Sequence record: LR756508.1
Length of the DNA: 64,000 bases
Strand: one strand, 5' to 3'
The notes beneath the pieces are model-generated. The model had not been told where the DNA came from, did no database searches, and saw only the letters and a program-made list of their open reading frames with translations. Below are positions 56,336 to 64,000 of the stretch, one piece after another. Position numbers and translations under genes: made by a program. Position 1 is the first letter of the stretch. The number at the start of each line of letters is the position of its first letter.

Positions 56336-57412
56336 ATGGACGTAGATTTAAATAAAATACTTCTTGAATGGTCTTACAGGGTTGACAAGGGCTACCCGAG
56401 GATTACAAAAGAAGAAGACCTTCGGGTTCTAAATAATATTATTACCGAATGGTACGATAAAAAAATAGCCGATGCACTTCTTGAAAACATCGAAAGTTCT
56501 ATTTCGGAAGTTTCGCTCGGGTTAAATAATTCCTCGCTCCGACACGAAAACGAGCACAAAAAGTATACAAAAAGGCTAATAAAGAAGCTCAAGTCTGGAG
56601 GAACCCTCACACTTGAGCGAAAAGTTCAGTATACTGAAGAAAGCGAGGAAGATAGTAATGTAATCACGATTCCTGAAGGAGCGGAGGTAAAAGTTGATGT
56701 TAGCGACGATTTGATTGGAAAGCTCGTTGCTGGACTTCGCGGCGTTCTAAAGCACGGACCTGATTTTCCAGAAGAGAGTGAGAAAGCCCAGAAGGCACTT
56801 AAAAAAGCAGAAAAGGTCTTTACAAAAGACGACGGGTCATATAGAAGGATCATTCCCGTAAAGTATAAAGATTCAAAGGTTTTGATTAAACTAAGTGACG
56901 TGTCGAAAAGCACTGTTACAGACGAAGATGAAGGTCAAGATACGGATTTTTCCCCAAGTGAAGAGGAAGGTGGTGAAGATGAGAATCAGGGGGGAGACCA
57001 GCCTAAAGAAGATTCTGAAGGAGAAAAAAAGGTTTCAGAAAACGAAAACTCAAACGAAGACGAAGAATTTAGACTTCCAGATGGAGTAGTCGAGTATTTT
57101 GGCGACTCGTATTCAGATGGCCCAGAAAATCCTGATGTTATGGAAGAAGACGACGATGATCCATCGAAATATGTGGATCGTAGAGACGACGGCAAGGATG
57201 ACAAATATCCAGATAGAGGGTATAAAGAGTTTGATCCGAAAAGCGACGAAGAGGAAGAAGAAAGCGATGATGATTATCGGCACGATAAGGGCAGCGAAGA
57301 AAGCCCACCTCAAGACGAAGAGGCTGCTGAGCAGGATGCAGAAGAGACTACAGAAGAGTTGAATAGGATCGCAGAGAAACGTGAAGTTTATAAATTTAAT
57401 ATTAAAGTTTAG
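56336..57412 (+). CDS. Hypothetical protein with short-leader variant (LNKILLE) and acidic low-complexity C-terminus
   Basis: 358 aa ORF. Confidence 0.65.
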   Translation: MDVDLNKILLEWSYRVDKGYPRITKEEDLRVLNNIITEWYDKKIADALLENIESSISEVSLGLNNSSLRHENEHKKYTKRLIKKLKSGGTLTLERKVQYTEESEEDSNVITIPEGAEVKVDVSDDLIGKLVAGLRGVLKHGPDFPEESEKAQKALKKAEKVFTKDDGSYRRIIPVKYKDSKVLIKLSDVSKSTVTDEDEGQDTDFSPSEEEGGEDENQGGDQPKEDSEGEKKVSENENSNEDEEFRLPDGVVEYFGDSYSDGPENPDVMEEDDDDPSKYVDRRDDGKDDKYPDRGYKEFDPKSDEEEEESDDDYRHDKGSEESPPQDEEAAEQDAEETTEELNRIAEKREVYKFNIKV

Positions 57413-57423
57413 CGAGAAAACTC

Positions 57424-57738
57424 ATGAGACTGACAGAGTCTAAATTGAAAAAACTGGTTTTAAATGAACTTCAGCGATACCTGACCGAAGACGAAGCCAT
57501 TGATTCAAAATATCTGCGTGACCACCTCGATTATTTTATCGAAGGTGATTTTACCAATGAAGACGAGAAAAAATACTTGAAGTGGTTGAAAAGTTTAATT
57601 CAACAGTTGCATCCCGACGACGACCTAACAAAAGAAGATGTTTTTGAACTAACTCGCACCGACTTTCGTTTTCCGAACGAAGTTGTAGAAAAGGTCGACT
57701 ACTATACACTGATTAATCAGATCTGGAAACAAATTTAG
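57424..57738 (+). CDS. Leader-bearing small protein (MRLTESKLKKLVLNELQRYLTE)
   Basis: Isolated leader gene inside the replication block. Confidence 0.78.
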   Translation: MRLTESKLKKLVLNELQRYLTEDEAIDSKYLRDHLDYFIEGDFTNEDEKKYLKWLKSLIQQLHPDDDLTKEDVFELTRTDFRFPNEVVEKVDYYTLINQIWKQI

Positions 57739-57783
57739 TTACTTTTGTAGCAAGAATTTTAACGTTTAAATGAGAGAAACGCG

Positions 57784-58173
57784 GTGGAAACCCAACTACT
57801 TTGCACCTTTACCGAAAAAGACTCGGTGGATGAGACTCTTGAAAAAATTGAGGAGGCGTATGAGATTGCATTCGATAAAATTTTTGTCCTCCAAAATGAA
57901 GAAAAAGAAGACAAACTTTTTTGCACTTACAACATCGACACGAGTGTAAATAATTCTGTCCTTCCAAAAACAATCTCTATCCACCGTAAAAAGAAGACCA
58001 ACACGCTTTATACCATTAATGCTCTAAACGAGCTTATTAAAAACCTAAACGATGGGGTACTTGATAAGACCTACCAAATCCCGTGGGAAGATTACCAGAA
58101 CTCACTTCTTGTTACTCACAATGGCGATTATAAGCGAATTGACACCGAACTCTTCGATATTGTTGAAGTATAG
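57784..58173 (+). CDS. Hypothetical protein upstream of SSB
   Basis: QLLCTFT..TISIHRKKKTNTLYTINALN; 129 aa. Confidence 0.7.
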   Translation: METQLLCTFTEKDSVDETLEKIEEAYEIAFDKIFVLQNEEKEDKLFCTYNIDTSVNNSVLPKTISIHRKKKTNTLYTINALNELIKNLNDGVLDKTYQIPWEDYQNSLLVTHNGDYKRIDTELFDIVEV

Positions 58174-58313
58174 TTTTTTGTTAAGAACTGCTAAATCAAC
58201 TCTCATTCACACAATCCCCATAAAATCCGTAATACGTATTAGTGCGATTGATTGAGAAAATCAGAAAATTCCAAGTCTAAAACAACAACCAAAAAACAAG
58301 TTACGTTTATTTT

Positions 58314-59046
58314 ATGTCTATTAACATCGACAAAGTCAAGAAGAAGCTTAACAAAATGAAAAGCCAGAATAACGGCGGGGCGAGCCGCCTACAGGTTTAA
58401 TAAGGATTATCCGTTTATTGAGTTGTATTTTCATTACGACCTTCCGGGACGTTCTTTTCTTTCTCCTAAGTCTTTTGGAGATGCAGACCCAATTGTTGAA
58501 TTTGCCGATGAGCTAAAGAGGAAGGGTGGAGACGAAAATTATCAACTCGCTAAGAAGCTTGAGCCTACTCTTCGCATTTACGCTCCAATTGTTGAACGTG
58601 GCGTCGAGGACGAAGGCGTTAAGTTCTGGGGGTTTAGTAGAACGATTTATGAAGAGCTTCTCGGCTACCTCGCAGACGAAGAGTGGGGGAATTTCTTTGA
58701 TCTCGAAGAGGGACGCGACCTGAAAATTGATAGGACGCCAGCCGAAAAATCAGAAACAAATTTCCCTCAAACCGACGTTCGCCCTTCTCCTACGAAAACC
58801 CCACTGGCAGAATCCAAGGATGAGATGAAAGATATTCTCGATACTCAGGTCAAGGTCACGGAGATCTTTGACGTTCCTTCTTACGACGAGCTACAAGACC
58901 GTCTTGATGATTATCTTGAGCCTGACGAGGAAGAAAGCAGTAGTAGTAATGAATCTGCATCAGCCTCCGATGGTTTCGAGGACGAAGACGAAGGCGTAGA
59001 TGTGGATGAGGTAACGAACGAGTTCTCGGAAATTTTTGACGAGTAA
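58314..59046 (+). pseudogene. T4 gp32-like single-stranded DNA-binding protein, interrupted near the 5' end
   Basis: MSINIDKVKKKLNKMKSQNNGG.. stops at 58400. YRFNKDYPFIELYFHY..LSP.SFG..DPI..GVKFWGF..GRDLKI..acidic tail continues in the +1 frame. Confidence 0.7.
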
Positions 59047-59092
59047 GTTCTGAATTCATAGTAAGTTTTGCATTTTAAAATAAAAAGGTTAT

Positions 59093-60268
59093 ATGTCAGA
59101 GTCTGATCAGTTGGCTGAAACACTAGCCGATTCTCTAAACGACAATTCAGATCGGAAGATTGCCTATTTCATGGATGACGACGATTCGCCATCCGATGTA
59201 GACCAGTGGGTCTCAACTGGTTCTTCCGTTCTTGATCTCCTAATTTCAAATAAAACTAACGGGGGCGTTCCAGTTGGCCGCATCGTGGAACTATTTGGCT
59301 CCGAGGGAGCAGGAAAATCTCTATTAGCTTCTCATATTGTTGCTAATACCCAAAAAGAAGGTGGCATTTCGGTTTACATTGATACTGAAAACGCTCTCAA
59401 GTTTGATTTTCTTGAGACAATAGGTGTAGACAGGGAGAGCAAAAGTTTTATCTACGTTCCTGAAAATCGTCTTGAGAAGATTTTCGAGATTATGGAGGAT
59501 ATAATTGTCAAGGTAAAGAATAGTAGCGATGAAGATAGATTTATCACTATTGTTCTTGATTCTGTAGCAGGAGCTACTACCCAAAAAGAGTATGAAGCAG
59601 ATTATACGAAAGATGGGTATGCAACCGATAAAGCAATCATTTTCTCCAAGGCGCTCCGTAAAATCACAAATATGGTTGGACGAGAGAAAGTCTTGCTCGT
59701 TCTTACAAACCAGATTAGAGATAACGTAGGTGGCGGCCCATGGACGAAAGATTGGAGAACTCCTGGAGGTAATGCTATTCCACATCACACTTCCGTCCGA
59801 ATTCAAATGAAGGGGACGAAAAAGATTAAAGCCGCTGGCCCGAGAGGAAAGCAGATCGTTGGAGCCAAGCTCCGACCATTTATTCAAAAAAATCGCTTGG
59901 GTCCTCCGAAGCGTGGGTGTGAGTTTGACCTACTTTTTGATCGAGGTATTGACGATGTGGGTTCAATTTTAGCTGAATTAAAAAACATCGAAGCGGTTCA
60001 GCACAAGGGAGCAGGATGGTATAATCTTTACCTTCCCAATGATAACGGCGAATATGAAGAAAAATGGTCACATCCTGATGAAGAAGGTGATGATCCGTTT
60101 TCTTTTCGGGAAGATGATTTTCGGGAAGCTATGAAAAACGATGAGGCTTTTCGAGAGGTTGTTTTTGAAAATCTCCACCGAGGAATTATTGTCGACTATG
60201 ACGACAACTGGGCTGATACTTCAGAAACTGAGTATGTGGAGAACGGCGAGGAGACCGAAAAAGAATAA
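59093..60268 (+). CDS. recA: RecA/UvsX recombinase
   Basis: STGSSVLD, GRIVELFGSEGAGKS, YIDTENAL, IVLDSVA, LTNQIR, TPGGNAIPHHTSVRI, KNRLGPP. Confidence 0.92.
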   Translation: MSESDQLAETLADSLNDNSDRKIAYFMDDDDSPSDVDQWVSTGSSVLDLLISNKTNGGVPVGRIVELFGSEGAGKSLLASHIVANTQKEGGISVYIDTENALKFDFLETIGVDRESKSFIYVPENRLEKIFEIMEDIIVKVKNSSDEDRFITIVLDSVAGATTQKEYEADYTKDGYATDKAIIFSKALRKITNMVGREKVLLVLTNQIRDNVGGGPWTKDWRTPGGNAIPHHTSVRIQMKGTKKIKAAGPRGKQIVGAKLRPFIQKNRLGPPKRGCEFDLLFDRGIDDVGSILAELKNIEAVQHKGAGWYNLYLPNDNGEYEEKWSHPDEEGDDPFSFREDDFREAMKNDEAFREVVFENLHRGIIVDYDDNWADTSETEYVENGEETEKE

Positions 60269-60292
60269 AGATAAAAATAATGGTTGTTTTTT

Positions 60293-60325
60293 GGCCGGGG
60301 TCAGCTCTGACCTCGGTCTTTTTTT
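60293..60325 (+). terminator. Intrinsic terminator after recA
   Basis: ggccggggtcag-ctc-tgacctcggtc stem followed by 7 T. Confidence 0.7.
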
Positions 60326-60445
60326 ATCGATGCCCAACGTTTGTGTCATCCGATAAAGTATCGCGATTCTAAATTAAATAGGTTCTGTTTTCATCATACG
60401 TATGTTCACAATGAAGTCCAGTGAATCTAAAATAACAAATTCATT

Positions 60446-61498
60446 ATGAAGAAAGAAACATTTGATAAGATAAAAAAGTCGCTGGAGGAAAGAAAAAAGT
60501 CTCGCGAACAAGAAGAGAAAAATAGCAGAGTTCTTATTGTAGATGGCCTGAATCTCTTTCTTCGCTGCTTTGTTATGAGTCCCGCCATGAACAAAGATGG
60601 CACTCACATTGGAGGAATATCTGGTTCGTTAAAGTCAATGGGGAAGGCGATTCGTAAAATCGAGCCCACACGTTGTATTGTTGTGTTCGATGGAAAAGGT
60701 GGTTCACAAAGAAGACGAGACATCTATCCTGAGTATAAGAAAGGCCGAAAATCCAAAAGGAATCTGAATCGGCAGTATGAGGGTATGGAAGACCCCGATG
60801 AAGCAATGAATCGTGAAATTCACAAATTAGCCAGGTATTTAAAAGCTCTGCCGCTTACTGTCATCACCCTTGATAGAATTGAAGCAGACGACGTAATAGG
60901 GTATTTGACAAAGCAGGTTTTTGATGGGGAGGACGAAGAAACTTATATTATGTCTTCTGATAAAGATTTTCTGCAGCTTGTAGATGAAACTATAAAAGTC
61001 TGGGCTCCAAAGAAAGAAAAAATTTATGATGTCGAAAAGGTTGTTGAAGACCACGGATTTCCACCCGAAAACTACCTTTTGACGAGGCTTATAGAAGGCG
61101 ACTCTTCAGATAATATTGATGGGGTATATGGAATAGGAGAGAAAAAAATCGAGAAAAAGTTTGGTGATTTTTTGAAGTGTGAAAAATCTCGGAATGTAGA
61201 TGACCTGATCTCATATGCACAAGAAAACAAGGAAAAGTCGAGTACCTATAAACGACTTCTTGATAACAAAGACGTGCTTAGAAGAAATTGGAAGCTCATG
61301 CAGCTTAAAAAAGTAAATATCTCTGGAGGAAAAAAACTGCGCATAGAAGAACTTGTCGAAAAACCTTGTGGAAAACTGAACAGAACCAAGTTCCAAAAAC
61401 ATTTCATGGAAGATAAACTTTGGAGTGCATTTCCGTCTGTGAATACGTGGCTTACAGACACTTTTTCGAAGATAAATGATTATGCCGTTGAAGAGTAA
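60446..61498 (+). CDS. 5'-3' exonuclease / flap endonuclease (T4 RNase H / PolI N-terminal-like)
   Basis: VLIVDGLNLF, VVFDGKGG..RR..YP.YK..R, IEADDVIG, MSSDKDFLQLV, GDSSDNIDGVYGIGEK. Confidence 0.92.
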   Translation: MKKETFDKIKKSLEERKKSREQEEKNSRVLIVDGLNLFLRCFVMSPAMNKDGTHIGGISGSLKSMGKAIRKIEPTRCIVVFDGKGGSQRRRDIYPEYKKGRKSKRNLNRQYEGMEDPDEAMNREIHKLARYLKALPLTVITLDRIEADDVIGYLTKQVFDGEDEETYIMSSDKDFLQLVDETIKVWAPKKEKIYDVEKVVEDHGFPPENYLLTRLIEGDSSDNIDGVYGIGEKKIEKKFGDFLKCEKSRNVDDLISYAQENKEKSSTYKRLLDNKDVLRRNWKLMQLKKVNISGGKKLRIEELVEKPCGKLNRTKFQKHFMEDKLWSAFPSVNTWLTDTFSKINDYAVEE

Positions 61499-61520
61499 AC
61501 AATTCTAAAACGAAAGTGGT

Positions 61521-62984
61521 ATGGATCAAAAAATTGACACGTTAAGTCGATATGGAAAAGAATTTCAAGAAAAGACAATTGCACTTCTTATTACAGACAA
61601 GTCGTTTCTGGACCAAATCATCGATGCTCTTTCAATCAACTTCTACGATTCAGAAGCCAAAAAATGGATTGTAGAGAAGACGGTCGAGTATTACCAGGAG
61701 TATAAAAAGTCTCCAAGTCAGAGCTACTTCAAATCTGAGTTTCAGTCATTAGAGAGTCAGACGCTTCGCGTCTCGGTTTTAGATGAGTTGAGGAAAGCGT
61801 GGAATAAAAAAGATGATGAAGATTTAGAGTACGTGAAAGACGAGTTTCTCAACTTTGCTAAAAACCAGCGTGTAAAGCAGGCAATTTTGGATGCGGTCCC
61901 ACTTCTTAAAGAAGGAAACTACGAGAAAATTAAGCAGGAAGTTTCCGATGCTTTAAATTCAGGCGTCTCAAGAGATATAGGACATGTATATAAAAAAGAA
62001 ATAGAAAGCAGGCTGTCCGAGTCTTCAAGAAAAACAGTTCCTAGTGGCTGGAGAGTCATCAATGAAGTTATTGATGGAGGACTAGGACCTGGTGAGCTTG
62101 GTGTCGTCGTGGCACCGAGTGGCGCGGGAAAATCGTGGACGTTGTGCCACTTAGGTTTATCTGCAGTTAAGCAGGGATTTAACGTTTTGCATTATACTTT
62201 GGAGCTTGATGAAGATCAAACTGGCCTCCGCTACGATTCAATTCTGAGCGGATATTCTCCAACCGAGGTAAGAGAGCACAAAGAAGAACTGATGGAAGTG
62301 ATAGAAGGTTTAAATGGAAACCTAAACATTAAGCAGTTCCCAACAAAGTCTGCTTCCGTGCAAACTTTAAGTTCTCACTTTGAGAAAGTTCAAGCTATCG
62401 AGGGAAGGCCAGATGTAATTTTAGTTGACTATGCAGACCTGCTTTCAACTATTACAAAGAAAAATAAAAACAGCGAAAACACTTACCTGCAGATGGGGAA
62501 CATTTATACGCAGATCCGAAAAATGGCTGGCGAACTTCAAGTTCCAGTCTGGACCGTTTCACAGTCGAGAAGAGATTCTATCGATAAAGAAGTCATCCAA
62601 GCGGACATGATAGCTGACTCTTATAAAAAGATTATGATCTCCGATGTGGTTCTTTCACTCTCTAGAACCAAGTCGGATAAGTTATCGAACACAGCGAGAT
62701 TTCACTTCATTAAGAACCGTTTTGGTCAAGATGGCTTAACCTTCCCTTCGATTATGGATACAGAGAGTGGCACAATTGAGGTTTACGATCCCGAAAGCCA
62801 GTATGGAGCGGAGGTCAAAGATAAAATGAGCAAGTCAGAGGGACAAGCCGAGATGGAGGCCCTCCGAGACCAGTATAATGATTATAAGAAAAGGACCAAT
62901 GGCGAAGCAGATTCCCCTTCGACCTCGGTCGAAGATCTTTTAGAGAGCAAAAAAGAAGAAAAGAAAACAAACATTTCTGTTTAA
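61521..62984 (+). CDS. dnaB: Replicative DNA helicase (DnaB/T4 gp41-like)
   Basis: GGLGPGELGVVVAPSGAGKS, TLEL, VDYADLL, WTVSQSRR, IKNRFG. Confidence 0.9.
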   Translation: MDQKIDTLSRYGKEFQEKTIALLITDKSFLDQIIDALSINFYDSEAKKWIVEKTVEYYQEYKKSPSQSYFKSEFQSLESQTLRVSVLDELRKAWNKKDDEDLEYVKDEFLNFAKNQRVKQAILDAVPLLKEGNYEKIKQEVSDALNSGVSRDIGHVYKKEIESRLSESSRKTVPSGWRVINEVIDGGLGPGELGVVVAPSGAGKSWTLCHLGLSAVKQGFNVLHYTLELDEDQTGLRYDSILSGYSPTEVREHKEELMEVIEGLNGNLNIKQFPTKSASVQTLSSHFEKVQAIEGRPDVILVDYADLLSTITKKNKNSENTYLQMGNIYTQIRKMAGELQVPVWTVSQSRRDSIDKEVIQADMIADSYKKIMISDVVLSLSRTKSDKLSNTARFHFIKNRFGQDGLTFPSIMDTESGTIEVYDPESQYGAEVKDKMSKSEGQAEMEALRDQYNDYKKRTNGEADSPSTSVEDLLESKKEEKKTNISV

Positions 62985-63029
62985 CTTTCGAGTCTAATTT
63001 TTTGAACTTTTAAACCAGGAGCTAATAGA

Positions 63030-64000
63030 ATGAGTGATAGAGTAACGGAGTATTTTAATGGGTCATTTTTGCCGTCTGACGTCTGGAAAGAAAAGTACCA
63101 GCTTACCACAATAGACGGTGAACCGAAGGAGGAAACTCCCGAGGACATGCACAGGAGAATGGCCGAGCATTTTGGAAGAATTGAGGAAAGTTATAGGTCC
63201 GAGCGCACGTCGGTTTTGAAAAATAAACCCGAATTGCTTAGCAAGTATGGAAGGAGTAGGGATGAACTCTATGAAGATAAAGTTTTTGAGTTGTTCGATG
63301 AATTTGAGTATATTGTTCCTCAGGGGTCAATTATGTCCATGCTCGGGAATCCGTATCAAACCGGATCTCTGAGCAACTGTATTGTTCTTGACGATGTGAA
63401 GGATTCCTACGGTGCGATAATGTATGCTGATCAACAGCTTGCACAGCTTTTCAAGAGACGCTGCGGAGCCGGAATTGATGTATCGCGATTACGACCAGAA
63501 GGCGCTGGCGTCCGAAATGCCGCCAGAAGTTCAACTGGCGCTGTGAGCTTTATGCACAGGTTCAGTGACACAACAAATGAGGTTGCTCAGGATGGAAGAA
63601 GGGGGGCATTGATGCTAACGCTGGACTGCCGTCACCCGGACATGACTCGATTTGTAGAGGAAAAAGATGATCCGACAACCATGACCGGAGCGAATATCTC
63701 TGCTAAGTGGACCGATGATTTTCTTGAAGCTGTAGAAAATGATGAAAGTTATACGCTTCGGTTCCCCGTAGATGTTTCTCCCGATGAAGCTGATATTACC
63801 AAAGAGGTGAATGCACGAGAGCTCTTTAAGACTGCATCCGAAAATGCCCATATTCATGGCGGAGATCCAGGATGTCTGTATATTGGCCGAATGGAAAATT
63901 ATTCTACTGGCTGTGGATACCCTGATGTTCGCATCGTCTCAACTAACCCCTGCGGAGAAATCCCTATGTCTGAAGATGCTTGCAGATTGATTGCAATGAA
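63030..64000 (+). CDS. nrdJ: Ribonucleotide reductase, class II (NrdJ)-type, truncated by the window end (not in the ORF track)
   Basis: Translated by hand: VWKEKY, PQGSIM, SLSNC, RRCGAGID..LRP, VAQDGRRGALM, HPD, GANIS, DPG, STNPCGEIP. Confidence 0.85.
   Translation, partial: MSDRVTEYFNGSFLPSDVWKEKYQLTTIDGEPKEETPEDMHRRMAEHFGRIEESYRSERTSVLKNKPELLSKYGRSRDELYEDKVFELFDEFEYIVPQGSIMSMLGNPYQTGSLSNCIVLDDVKDSYGAIMYADQQLAQLFKRRCGAGIDVSRLRPEGAGVRNAARSSTGAVSFMHRFSDTTNEVAQDGRRGALMLTLDCRHPDMTRFVEEKDDPTTMTGANISAKWTDDFLEAVENDESYTLRFPVDVSPDEADITKEVNARELFKTASENAHIHGGDPGCLYIGRMENYSTGCGYPDVRIVSTNPCGEIPMSEDACRLIAM

Noticed and set aside
58230-60404. ATACGTAT-centred palindromes upstream of SSB (58230) and the exonuclease (60395) as a shared operator
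   Set aside because: An 8-mer of this composition is expected about twice by chance in 64 kb, and the flanks differ.
1-64000. tRNA/rRNA genes, CRISPR arrays, stop-codon reassignment
   Set aside because: No cloverleaf or repeat-spacer pattern was seen in the short intergenic gaps, and the conserved genes read through intact under the standard code.

Overview
Part of a large T4-like (contractile-tailed) phage genome. Almost all genes are on the + strand. The window holds a neck/tail module (gp13-, gp14- and gp15-like genes, two sheath paralogs, tube, gp26-like chaperone, tape measure, tube initiator with about 50 acidic repeats, LysM protein, baseplate hub) and a replication module (PolA-like, gp32-like SSB that is broken here, RecA/UvsX, 5'-3' exonuclease, DnaB/gp41 helicase, class II-type ribonucleotide reductase running off the end). 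Selfish elements are interspersed: two intact IS200/IS605 tnpB elements, several tnpB-less elements that keep only the ends and the omegaRNA region, a class 3 intein in an SNF2 helicase, and four Zn-rich PD-(D/E)XK endonuclease paralogs. The main unexplained pattern is that about 28 otherwise unrelated ORFs share one of two short leader peptides ending in L-x-E, the T4 prohead-protease-type cleavage motif. The attached cargos include up to seven ADP-ribosyltransferase-fold candidates, a ParB/Srx pair and a Lar-like anti-restriction protein. I infer a capsid-targeting code for virion-packaged, co-injected effectors. Acidic proteins and start regions without Shine-Dalgarno sequences suggest a halophilic Bacteroidota-like host (inference). 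All family calls come from motif recognition by eye; no database searches were run.
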